Below, piece after piece: positions 48,431 to 60,520 of a stretch of DNA of 64,000 bases (position 1 is its first letter; every line of letters begins with the position of its first letter). A program made the translations under genes and the position numbers. Where the stretch lies: positions 103,046,001 through 103,110,000 of the forward strand of contig CM052817.1 of assembly GCA_028534125.1 (NCBI GenBank). The letters are read 5' to 3'. Below the pieces are notes generated by a model, which was not told the DNA's origin, searched no databases, and saw nothing but the letters and a program-made list of their open reading frames with translations. This DNA comes from Lama glama (lineage: Eukaryota).

Positions 48431-49199
48431 TAACTGACATTTATGGAGAACAGATGTGGTGCCACTGTGGTTTATGTGAAATTAGTTCTGCCTCCTTCTT
48501 TCCTGAACACATATGTGTATCACACATGTATACATCGCTAAAGAAGGACCATATTTTCCCACGTTCTATTTGCTGTATTTCTCTAGTAGCCTGAGGGATG
48601 TCCAGAAGAACTCGGGAATGAGGCCAAGGGGTCAGTCTGAGATGGAGGTGGGGAGATGTCATGCTTTCAGCACACGTGGTTACTAACATTGTTCCTGCTT
48701 TGCTTTTATTTATTTTTTCTAATGAGGATATTGTCAGGGAGATCCATGAACCCAAATTGTACAAAATATAAAAGATTACAGAAGAGAAACAGCTGCTCAA
48801 AGCCAGGTTTACTTTTAGGACTTGTCTTATGGAGACCGCATGCCTTCAGTCTGATGAAGACTGAGAACAATTTAACAGCGAGTGAAATACAACAATTAAC
48901 AGAGCACATGGGGACGGGCATTATAGCTGAAGGAAGAATACTGTACTTCGGGGATGGCAGTTTACAAAATGATATGTATATCGTTCCACCCTTAATTTTT
49001 GTGGGCTTGATCCTTATTTTCCTGTAATTGGTATGGACATAGTAAACTTGTGGAACTTAGGAGAACCTAGGTGCGGAAAAACTCATAATGAGAACTCATC
49101 TCAAATTTACCCACAGTAATTAGCTCTTAGACACCATGAACAAATTGAAATGATGGATAAGCCATGGAATAGAATGTCTGTTCGGAATATCTGACCTCC

Positions 49200-49450
49200 A
49201 AGCATTTGCACAGGCTTCTCTTTGTGCCAAATACTTGTCCACACCACCTCGATTGCCTGACCTTTAGTTACATCTCAGCGTTGCTCCGGACATCTGCCCT
49301 GGGAGTCCTTCAACGCCCCTAAGGCTGGGTTAGGTGTCCTGTGGGCACATGTATGTAGCTCTGGTTGTACTTCTTACAATTCTTGTTGATTTCCTTGAAG
49401 ACAGAAGTGGTCTTTGGTTTACCCAGCACAGCGCTTCCTAACCTGAAATT
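49200..49450 (+). mobile_element. L2 fragment
   Basis: GCATTTGCACAGGC...GGGAGTCCTTC...GGCTGGGTTAGGTGTCC...CCTTGAAGACAG...CCCAGCACAGCGC. Confidence 0.55.
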
Positions 49451-51117
49451 ATTTCAGATTTACTGGAACTTGGAGTCAAGGGGAAGCATCTGGGAAGAAC
49501 TTCAGCTGTAAGAAGGGGTCAAAGTATGAAGGATCTTAAAAACACATTTAGGAGTTTGGTTATGGTCCAAACATCTACTCAGTGTAAGTTAGAGCTCATA
49601 AACATCCTAAAACATAGTAGTAATTTACCTTGCTAACAAATCGTAGGGGAAAAAAAGAAAATCAATTGATTAAAATACATATTTTATACCAGATATCAGG
49701 AACCCATGGGATGCTATTTAATTTCTGCTGGTACATTATCTTTCCAGGCATATATCTGACATTTAATGGAACGGGGACCAGCTGTTGTTCCTACTCATAA
49801 AATACATACTCAGATGCTCGAGAGGTGGGCAGTGTGGTGCCGAGATGTGTGCTTGTTCTGCACAGCATCCTGTCCTCTCATCTTTGCTCTGCGTCTGCTG
49901 GGAGCCTAAGCCAGGGCCAGTTTTTACTTTGAAGGTTCCCCTGGCTTTGCCCTGTCCACATTCATTTGGATTCAACTATTCGCACTCAAAAGATCAGTGA
50001 TATAACACCCAGCTCCTTGGAACAATGACAACTCTCCCTGCCCTCTTATAATGGAAGAAATTCGGACCAAGAAATTGTCTTTTTTTTTTTTTTTGTTTTA
50101 GATTCTTTATAAGAGTAACAATATGATTACCTTCTGAAGATTTTGACATGTTTTTGTTTTAAGGAACAAAGACATTTCTCTGGCTTAGAGTATTTTAAGC
50201 CATGTAAATCTCTTTTGTTTATATCAATCTCAAAATGTTTGTAAGCAGTGTCACTTTGGTTTTAATTTTCACAGGACTTGTAATCTGGTCTGGTAGGTTT
50301 TGTGGGCAGCAAATAATGACCAGCTGCATAGTTTCCTTAAAAGGACATGACAGTCTCTTAATGGGTTCCTGCTACTGGGGCTTAGGACCATTGAATTAGT
50401 AAATCTTACCTACCCTTTCGATGCCAACCTGTAACAACAGTATAGTTCGTGGACCACGAAGGGTGAGTGATACTGCAACCCTGCTGGGCTTAACATTCTG
50501 ATGCTACAGGAGATCCTGGGGAAACTCAGATGGTCCTTGGGCAGGAAAAGAATGCAGGAATGGCAACATCTGAATGGGTCTTGTATGGGCACAACAGGAA
50601 GTATTAGGAAGAAATAAAACCCCTCTTGGGTGCAGCCTGAAAAGTGATGCTTGAGGTCACCTTGTTTATAGCAAGCATAGGGTTGAATTTGCTCTTTATG
50701 CTTTGATGGTTTTCAAGAGAAGGTAAAATATCATTTATGTAAATTTTTAAAAAGCAATTTAATTATCACATCTTATAAAATGTGAAAGCTTCATTAATAG
50801 TAACAAACATGGTATTTTGAAAAACAGTTATACAGTCTGCAGTTTCAACAAATTAGCTTTGAATATTAACTTTAAGGTAACTTTAAAAATATTAAAAAGG
50901 GAGAACAGATGAAGAAATAGAGGTCTGAGTCATCAAACTAACTTTTCCCTAAATGAAGGAACTTAGGAGAAAAATTAAATATTTAGCATCATTTTAATAC
51001 ATTATTTACAACTGATTCAGTAATGTGTTAAATTGAGATCCAGTAGGAAAGGAAATAAACTTATCTGCCTCCAGGTTAACCTCACATCAGTGAAGCGCTG
51101 GGGTGGATCACGCCCAT

Positions 51118-51550
51118 TGCATTTGTTTCTCGTGGCTGCCAAAACAAGTTGTCAAAACCTAACAGAGACTGATCTTCTCACAGTTCTAGAGGCCGGAAGT
51201 CTGAAATCAAGGTACTGGCAGAACCACACATGCTCTGAAGGGCCTGGCGGGGAATCCTGCCAGCCTCTTCCAGCTCTTGGAGGCTCCTTGGCTTGTGGCT
51301 GCATCACTCCAGTATCTGCCTCTGTCTGTCTTCAAGTGGCCTGCCTCCCTCTGTATGTCCAAGTCCTTTTCTGACTTCGGCGAGGACACTCTCACTGAAT
51401 TTAGGGCTCACCCTAAACCGAGGTGATTTCATCTTGATCCTTAACTAATTACATCTGCGAAGATCCCATTTCCAAATAAGGTCACAGTCTGAAGTTCTCG
51501 GATGGACAAGAATTCGGGGGGCAGAGGGAGGCTCTACTCAAGCCACTACA
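51118..51550 (-). mobile_element. MLT1 (MaLR) solo LTR, MLT1C/D-like
   Basis: TCTCACAGTTCTAGAGGCCGGAAGTCTGAAATCAAGG...CTTGGCTTGTGGCTGCATCACTCCA...TTCCAAATAAGGTCACA...ACTACA. Confidence 0.9.
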
Positions 51551-53754
51551 CTGATTATAAATTAAATACTGTCGAAAGATAAATTAGAATCTTTTGGAGC
51601 GCTCTGGTCTTTCAGGGTTTTAGGTCGCTGCTTAAGAAACATCATAAATATATCATACTTAAGGAATTCTCGAGATCAGGGAAAAAATCAGTTTTGAAGT
51701 GTAAATACTAAAGTTATTAGAAACAAGCGTTTCCTAAATAATAGATGCCCCGAATTTCTAAAATTAGATCAGAATTTACTCCTAAATAAATCACACAAAC
51801 GTATTTGCTTTTCTATTGACGTTTCGCTAGATCTTGATGTAAAATTTTTAATTCAGGGAGAATTTGCAGTAGATGTTTGTAGCCTTTTCCTATATTCAAG
51901 TGATACAATCGAAAGTGTGACCCAATGCAAGTTTTAGCTTCTTAGACCTACATCCGACTATCTGACTGTTTCTCAGGTTGTCAGAGAATTTCTCAGACAT
52001 CAGAGTTGAATACACTAATTATTCCTAAGTGTTGAATTCCCTAAGTCTTTACCTAAAATAAATAGACTTTCAGACTGCCTTGCTCCCTATTCTTGTACCT
52101 GTGAACGGAAGGAGGTGGTCAGCGCTGTGTGCTTTGCATATTCCGGTGCTCGGTGCAATCAGAGCTTTATGACAAATGTGCATTCTTCTCGCATTTGATG
52201 AATGAATAATTTCAGGGCTGCTGTTTAGAAACGTCATTTCAGACAGATAATGTGAGCACACGGACCACGATGGATAGTGATGACTTCGAAATATCTGAGA
52301 AGGAAAGCCTCTCATTCCGTTTTCCAAAGTTAGGATAAAGCCCACCATCTGGTCAGGGCCTTGATTGGGGACCGTGGTTCTCAGAACCTAGTTGAGCTTG
52401 AGGACCACCTTCCAGACTCCCAGGAAAAGCATCAGTACTCCGGGTGGGTGACGCCTGTCCACGGATGACCTTTCTTTTGCCATTTTCTCTGGGAAGAAAG
52501 AGCACTGGAGAGACTGGAAGCCCACCCTGCTGCTGAGTCTTGTCTCACACTGACTGGGCCTGAGCACCGCACACCCTGGTGTTGCTGCAGTGTGGCACGG
52601 CATGTCCTCCCTGGTGCCACCAAGACCTCTGACACTCTGTCCAAAAGGCTACGGTGCATCTCAGATGCTACCAGTGTTCCCTACGAATGGACGACCTTTG
52701 CGTTTTAAGGGTTGAGGCCTCGATTGTCAGGGCACGTCTGGAGGTTAGGGGTGTCTGTGTGGCTGTGGCCTGGTGCGGGCGGGACCCCGGCAACCTGTCT
52801 CGCACCCATCCCCGGGGAGGCTGAAGGAGGACTGCTGAGATGAGGGCCCATGTGTCGTAAAGCCCTGGGCAGAGGCTCACTCAGAAGCCCTACGGCAGCT
52901 GTGGCCCTGATCCTCTGTCTCGTAGCTGGGACTTTTCACAAACCGTACATAAGTTTTCTGGGTTTCAGGTTTCGGCTCTGAAAGTAAACCTGGGAGGCAT
53001 TAGCCATTTCTTTTAGTGCGAAAGAGTTGGATTCTGTATTTCTGAGATTCTGCATTTAGAATATTAAATATATTGCCGCACAAGAGATGGATGGCCCACT
53101 CTTTTTTCATGATATGCTTTCTTGTGTAACAGAAATAGGACAAGCCTGGTTCAAACTGCATTCTCTACACGATAGGTTTGCTTGCCTAATCTCACACCAG
53201 AGTCCAGATCCTAGTTATCAAGGACGGTCAGGCACCGGGAGGGGATTGCATCAGCGCTCCTTTGCAGCCTTTGGCCCCCTCTGTCTCTGGAGCCTTTGGC
53301 TGCTGGCTTTGTTCCAGCTGCCATGGTGGCAACCAGGTCTGCACACACCCAATGGACGTGCAGAACCCAGTGAATACTGTGATCTTGCTGCCTTCTAATG
53401 GTCAGCTCTTTCAAACCCAGAGTTACATGGGAGGAGTTCATTGGAGCACACAATTATTCCCTGTTTATTATCAGTATATCAGAGCATTGTACATAGTAAT
53501 GACCACTGAACAAAGCTAAATTCTCTAGACAACATAGTGTTAAGCCTTGAAGAAACAGATGCTAAACTCACCAGCTCTAATGACATAGTAGCGTGGCTTC
53601 ACTGAGTAACATGTTGTATCATATTTGGCTACCGGTGGGGGTATAACTTCGTACAGCATTTTAAAAGTAACATTTCTTCATGTTTATTGAATGTTAATGC
53701 TTTTCATTCTAGAATTCCTGTTTCAGGAAGATATGCTTGTCAGTAATCTGAGAA

Positions 53755-53988
53755 GGCAGTGCAGAGAAATGGCTATCAGCATACACTTGGTAGTCAGAGT
53801 AGTCAAGTTCAAACCCTGCCTTCTCCACTTACCAGTTGATATTAGGCAAGTTACTTAACCTCTCTAAGTTGTACTTCACTCATGTATAGAATGGTGCTAA
53901 CTATAGTGAGAGTTCAATGTGGTAATGCATGGACTTAGCATAGCGCCCAGCAAATGGTAAGCAGTACATAAATGCTGGCCATTATGAC
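53755..53988 (+). mobile_element. Near full-length MIR SINE
   Basis: AGTTCAAACCCTGCC...CCACTTACCAG...GGCAAGTTACTTAACCTCTCTAAG...CTTAGCATAGCGCCCAGCAAATGGTAAGC...TAAATGCTGGC. Confidence 0.85.
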
Positions 53989-53994
53989 TGTTAA

Positions 53995-54535
53995 ATCTGC
54001 CCAAAGATGTTAAATTCAGTGTTATTTATAATTACAAAAAATTGGAAACAAACTAAATGTCCAGTAATATGGAATACAGTCAATTTTTTAAAAAATCATT
54101 CATGTGGTGGAATACTATAGAGCAGTTAAAAGTAATATTTTGAAGAATATTTAAGACCAAAATGTTCAATGTGAAAAAAAAGCTACCATATGCTCCATGT
54201 TTACTGTATGACAGCCTGCGCTAGTTTGAATATTTTAAAAATCTGTGCAATAAATCTATAACACAGATACAGTTTTTTCTATTTTGCAATTGAAGAAATT
54301 GAGCCTAGTGAGAGTAAGTTACTTGCCCAAGATCATATCACTGGTAAGTGGTAGAATTTGATATTGTACTACACTTATATAGAAAACAGATCAGAATCAT
54401 ATATATGTATAAATATAATAAAATATAAATATATATGTGAGGAAAGTTCTAGATGCTAAGATTTCAGGCAAGTTTATTTTTAAATGTTTTTATATTTTTC
54501 AAAATTTTATGTATATTAGTTTTAGTAAAAGAAAA
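53995..54535 (+). mobile_element. Ancient L1ME 3' relic with an embedded antisense MIR piece (~54270-54370)
   Basis: AAATTGGAAACAAACTAAATGTCCA...GGAATACTATAGAGCAGTTAAAA; MIR piece GAAATTGAGCCTAG...GTTACTTGCCCAAGATCATA. Confidence 0.6.
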
Positions 54536-54699
54536 ATATTAGTAGATCAAAATACTAGAAAATAAAGGAGGTGGTGTGGAGATCAGGGGCTGACAGGAGT
54601 GAGCAAAGACAATGCAGAAAAGGAGGCCAATTGCCGGTGTGTCTGGTTAATGAGAGGGGTCCTGTGCTACTCAGCCAGAAGGGAAATAGAGGACAAATG

Positions 54700-55690
54700 A
54701 GTGTCTTGATCAAGTGTATGGACCAACACTTCAGTTAGCAAATATTTCAGGGGGAGGAAAAATGTGCTTTGAGGTTAATCTGATATAGATTAAAGAGAGA
54801 TGGTTTTGTCTATATTGGGTTTGAGATTTCAGGATGAGATATATAGAGGTTTTAAGGAATTTGGGAATATGGGGACAGTAGCTTTTGATAAAGAGGAACA
54901 CAAATTATCTTTGAAACAGAGAGTGAGTTGCAATCTCTGAGTGAGAGAAATGCAGGCTTGGGGAAAACACTGGCATGTGGAGGAAATGGAGGAGAAAATG
55001 AAGCAGAGAAGAGCATCCAGAAGTATCGTTCGTGGGAACGAAGAAGGCACTGTATTCCAGGAAACAAGGAAAACAACTTGTTGCTGAGACGTAAAGGAAG
55101 ATGAGCGGTGAGAAATTGTAGTTAGATTTGGTGCTTAGGATTCACCCATGATTTCAATAAGTTAGTGGCAGCAGAAGCCGTGTTGTAAACTGTTAACACT
55201 GTGTGGATATGAATCAAGGTTAAGAGGAGACGACTATTTCGAGAAGTTTGATGATCAAGAAAGTTTATGTCTAAGGTGAAGAGAGAAGGACGTCAGCATA
55301 GGGAGATAAATTATAGTGAAGAAGATGCTGAAATTGTATGAGACAAAGAGGGAAAGAGCTGGAAAAAGTCCCAAGGAATGTTGTAGAGAATGAGATTAAA
55401 ATGAGTGGATGAACTTTGGCAAAGAAAAGACACCTTTCCCCCACATCCTTAGGCATCGAAAAGAACAAGGAGAGGACTGCAGATGTCCAGTGAGAAATTA
55501 TAGATACAGCGAGAGATACGCAAGTTGAGGGAGCATGTTTCAGATGGTTGCAATTTTCTTGGCCAAATAGGAAACACAGTATTCTGCCTAGAATAAAAAG
55601 AATAAAAGATATTGGATGGGATTGGGTGTATAAAGACAGTGGGAAAGACTTGTAAAAACCATTGTGGGAAAATGATGTAGAGCACTGCAC
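54700..55690 (-). mobile_element. L2 relic (purine-rich on +)
   Basis: AGTTAGATTTGGTGCTTAGGA...GACGACTATTTCGAGAAGTTTG...CAGATGGTTGCAATTTTCT. Confidence 0.55.
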
Positions 55691-56789
55691 CACAACGGAT
55701 GGACTGATTCCTGGGTAGCAGTACTGTTCCTCTGACCTTGGAGATCGTGGTTTTGCAGTTCTGGTTGGTTAGTTTCTCAGCAGCGCTTAGGAGCCTGGAA
55801 CCATGATCAAGAAATGGTATTAACAGGTAGTACCTACATAGCGGTCTAAAGCTTATAAAATGCTTGTGCACATGATCTCTCATTTGGAATAAACTGGTAG
55901 CTGCAATTAATCAAGACCGGCAATGGGCAGGATAGGAATTACCCTGCATTGTTAGAGTGGGCACTCTCGAAACTATTGTCTCCAAATGCACAGGGAGGCC
56001 AATGAAACCATGTCAGTGTGTAGATTGTGGAGACTAGCTGTAAAGAGGTTAAAGGGCACATTTTATAGCAGGAGTGGGAAGTGTGGAAAGTTAAGATTTT
56101 GTGGTCAGAGAGGAATTGCATTTTGCTTTATGCCATATGTTATAGAAAAAAAATCCCCCAAACATCTATCTGGTTATCTCAAAAAAAAATTTCTATTGAT
56201 TTCTGCAGATATTTTATCATATATTAAATCATTATACTTAGATTTTTTTAGGCTTGAAATATTGTTAAAATATCTTTTAATTTTATAAATATTTTAAATA
56301 TAATAACCTGATGTTACTGGCTTTTCTTTGAACAACTAAATTATATCATGGTTATATCTTTATCTGAATATATCTATGTCCATAGTTATGTCCATGTCTG
56401 TATATTTATCTATTTATGTATCTATTTTTGATTGATTGGTCTTGCATTAAGCCTACACAGTAACTTAGGATAATTGATATTTTATTATATATAGTATTTG
56501 TATCCAGAAATATAGTATGCATTCTTTTATTTCTCTAAGTAAAAATAAAAACTCCCTTAGTATTTTAGGTCCTATTAATCATGTTTGATGTGTGTGTGTT
56601 TATTTTTACCTGGACACATTATTAAATTCTTAAAATAATTTGAATAATTTGCTTTAGTTAATTTTTTTTGGGATTTTACAGATAAGAATCATAAAAGAAA
56701 ATGGTTGTCTTCTCTTCATATTTCCAATGTTTTATTTCCTTTGTTTTAAAACCAGAATTTTCATTTTTTCACTTATTATAGAAGCAGAA

Positions 56790-58050
56790 TTTTTAAAAAT
56801 AAACTTTTTGTTGAAGTATAACAGAGGTTAGTACATAAATGTAAGTGTAAAGCTCAGCTAATTTTCATGAAGTGGACATACCAGGTAACCAACACCTGAA
56901 GCTACAAGATTATCAGCACAAATCCCTTCATGCCCCTGTCGGTCACTCTTCCCACCAAGGAAACTGACTTCTAACGCATTAAATTACGGAAGGGCATCAT
57001 ATAGCACATTCTCTTTTGTGTTTGTCTTCTTTTACTCGACACCAAGTTTTGAGATTCTTCTGACATATGTAGCAGTGATTTATTTATTTTCAGTGCTGTG
57101 TAACATTCAGATGTATTATATTTATCTATTCCATCTTATATGATTATTTGAATTGTTCACATTTTTCGACTTTTACAAACAGTGTTGCTACAAACATTCT
57201 TGTACATCATTTTTTGGGGTGTTCACTCTGGAATGAAATCACTGGCTCTTCAAGGTATACAAAAGGTCATGTGAAGTAGATACTGTCAAATTCTTTTACA
57301 GAGTGATTTTACCAATTTATTCCAATTTATTACCACTGGTGTAAAATAGTTCAAATTGCTCCACATGCTCACCGACACTTGATACTGTCACATTGAAAAA
57401 CCTTAGCCAATGTTATGCGTCTGCTGGATTATGGTCATTTTTTTCATTTAATTCTCAGTTTTAATGAGGTACAATTTGGATGGGATAAAATGCACTTGTT
57501 TAAAGTTATATCAAGCTTGATAAATTTATACATCTGTAAAATTGCCATATCAACCAAAATGGTGAAAATTTCCATCACTCCCAGAAGGTTCCCTTGTGCC
57601 TCCTTTCAGTCAATTCCCTCACCACCAGCCCCAGGCAAACATGACCTGATTTCCGTTGCTTGATGTTGGACTTTGTATGAATGCAATCATACAGTAAGAA
57701 CTTTTGTGTCAGCTTCTTTTATTAAAAATAATTTTTAGTCAATGTATGTTTTTATTTGTGTCAGCAATTCATTTCTTTTTATTGCTGAGTACTATCTCAT
57801 TGCATAGATATATACCACAATTTATCCATTCACTTTCTGATGAGCATTTAAGTTGTTTCAAGTTTTAGTGTGCTAAGAATAAAACTGCTATGAACATTCA
57901 TGTACAACTCATTGTATGTGGTCATTTTCACTAAGTGTATCATATGACAAGTGTACATTTAATTTTATAAGAAGATTCTAAGGTCTTTTCCAAAGTGATT
58001 ATACCATTTTAGACACCCATCACCAATATGAGTCCAAATATTCCACAGAA
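56790..58050 (-). mobile_element. Two old L1M 3' ends (starting ~56790 and ~57450)
   Basis: TTTTGTTGAAGTATAACA...AAGTGTAAAGCTCAG and TTTAATGAGGTACAATTT...TTTCCATCACTCCCAGAAGGTTCCCTTGTGCC...TTTTATTGCTGAGTA. Confidence 0.8.
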
Positions 58051-60389
58051 TTTTAAAAACAGTATTAATCAATTTGAGTTTATATTTTCACTTAAAAGAA
58101 ATGCCTTTAAAATGCTGTTTCAGGATTTAAAATAGGTATTTTTAAATCGTGTTAACAAGTATTGGGAATGACGTATTGAAATTTAATAGATAACTCATGT
58201 GGTGTAGTTCAGTAATTTTAGGAAACCACTCCTCGCCAAGTCCACAAGACCACATGGAAGGAAAACCCTGGGCGACCTAGGCCTGTGTTTGTGGAGCTGG
58301 TTCCTAGCTATCAGTCTGCCCACGCTTACTTTGTTTCCATTCTGTCCACCTCATAAATAGTAACCCCTATTTTCTGGTTCCTCTTGGTACCAAGTCCCTT
58401 TAGCACAATCTGCTGTTGGCCACCATCCCAGCTCTAATCAGCTGCCTTTATTCACAGACTCCACCGGTGTTTCTTCTTGGTTCCCTGCTTTCAGAAATAC
58501 ACACATGTCAGCAACTTCTTTCTAATGGCCTTAGGAACTTGCCATCAGTTTACTGCTCTCCGGGGCTTCTCAGTGGGGCACAGCTGAGTTTCACAGTCTG
58601 TTCCTGAATCTTTTCAGCACCTACTAAATTTATTATATCTTTTTCTTATTTAATTAAAATGCTATTTAAAATGACTTCTTTAATATTGAAAAATTCTTGT
58701 GTTTCTGAGAGAATTATGCTTAGTTATAGTGGGATATTTTATATAGTATAACTAAATTCTGTATGTTAGCACATGATTTTAAAAATGGATTGTTCACATC
58801 TATGTTCATAAGTGAGATAGACTGGTGTTAACTGAATTTGAGTAGAGAAAACACATTCATTTTATGAAATACATTAAAAAATTTCAGAGTATTTTTTCTA
58901 AGTTTTTTCATATGAATTACAAGGAAAACATCAATTTGAAAGCTTGAAAGATTTCTCTAAAGGGCTTGTCAAATTTAACTGACTTCCTTCCCCAGCTGTG
59001 GTTGAGACTAGCTCTTGAATGGCTTTTTCAATTTGTTACTGAAATAGTTCTCTGTAAGATCTTCCAGTTTAATGCTGTAGATTTGGTATTAAAACTTACT
59101 AGAAACTTAATGCCATTCTCATTTTGATTTTCAAATTTATTACATTTATGTGCATATCCTTTGAATTTTGAACCATAAACTTCTTTCATAACTCTGGTTA
59201 TTTATGTCTATTAAATAATAAAATTATACAAATTACGATTTTTCTTTTCTGGTAAAAATATTTTAGCTGTATTTATTATATTTATATTCATCTTTCAAAA
59301 AATTTTAAAAACTGAATTTTTCTTCAATTCAATTATTTTACTAGGAAATATTTCCATTTACAAGTGTTTTAATTTATAAACTATCATGGTCAATGAATTA
59401 AAAGTAGTAATTAATACGTCCATATATTATTTTAAATTAAGTTTTTTTGTGTGTGGCTTAGTAAATGGTCATATCATGAGTACTAGTGTACATTGAAAAT
59501 AAGATGCATTTCTTTTTTCAAGTTGACATTTACTATGTCAGCTTATTTTATTAATTAATTTTATTAATGATAGTTCTTCTTGTTCTTTTTTTAAAGTATC
59601 AATTATAGACCAACCTTGAGCAAAAATTGTATCTCTGTATATTTTCCTTGTATTTTATTGGATTTGAATTAATACAGTTTCTATTCTGTTTACTATATAT
59701 TCTTTTCATGTATTTTTATTCATTATTTACCATGCCTTCTAAGTTATGCAGATTTCTATCTTTTATAACATTTTTGATAGTCATATTGCCATGTTTTCTT
59801 TCCTCTTATTCAAGACTAATTTAGCCTTACATCAACACTTCTATGTAGTTTTTATTTGTCTCATTGTCAGAATTTTGTTGCAACTTTTTAGTCTCTCTGA
59901 TATCCTTGGCCTTTTTGTGTGAGAATTTAGCAATCTATAGTTGTGATCACCATATTTGGTCAAATGTGTGACATTCTGCAATTAAGGGAGCTCCAAGTGT
60001 ATGAAAAATAGTGTGTGTAATCTATGAATCCAGAAGTCTGTGGAAGGGTCTTTGAAACCTGAGACATGAGAATTGTGAGTGGAAGAATAAGTTCTCATTG
60101 ACATCTAGTAAAAATTAAAGTTTTCTTCTAACAGGACCACATAATGTAACAGGAATGTAAAGTATAATAAAGTATTTTGCATATATGTTATAATATAAAT
60201 GCAAAGCATGCTGTTCTTCTATAACTATATACAGCATACATTTAATAAAGTATAAAATAGTAAAGTAGTATTCATTAAAAAAAAACAAACATTTTCTTCT
60301 TCTTCAATGGGAATTGTTTAAAAGTTGTGTAGAATAAAATCAGACTTCTTGTGTTGGGGAGCGGAAGCTGTAGATAGTCTATGAATAAA

Positions 60390-60520
60390 GAATATGTCAA
60401 TGTGGCAGGCTCATATTTTATGCATCCTATCACTAATAAAATAATATTCATCAACCATGCTGGAGGAAAGACTGAATATCTTTCTCTTCTCTCTATGGAA
60501 AATGATGGTAAAAAACACTG
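60390..60520 (+). mobile_element. hAT-Tip100 (Zaphod-like) transposase relic, left piece
   Basis: ACCATGCTGGAGGAAAGACTGAATATCTTTCTCTTCTCTCTATGGAAAATGAT resembles TMLEERLNYLSILSIEND (hAT C-terminal dimerisation domain) with a frameshift. Confidence 0.7.

Noticed and set aside
48656..49027. 123-aa ORF with hydrophobic stretches as a possible exon
   Set aside because: No recognisable homology, no convincing splice boundaries, and composition typical of non-coding DNA.
55271..55883. 140-aa and 144-aa minus ORFs
   Set aside because: They overlap a degenerate L2-like purine/pyrimidine-skewed tract; no intact domain motifs seen.
58600..59960. Very AT-rich block as a novel element
   Set aside because: Probably highly decayed antisense L1M sequence, too degenerate to delimit.
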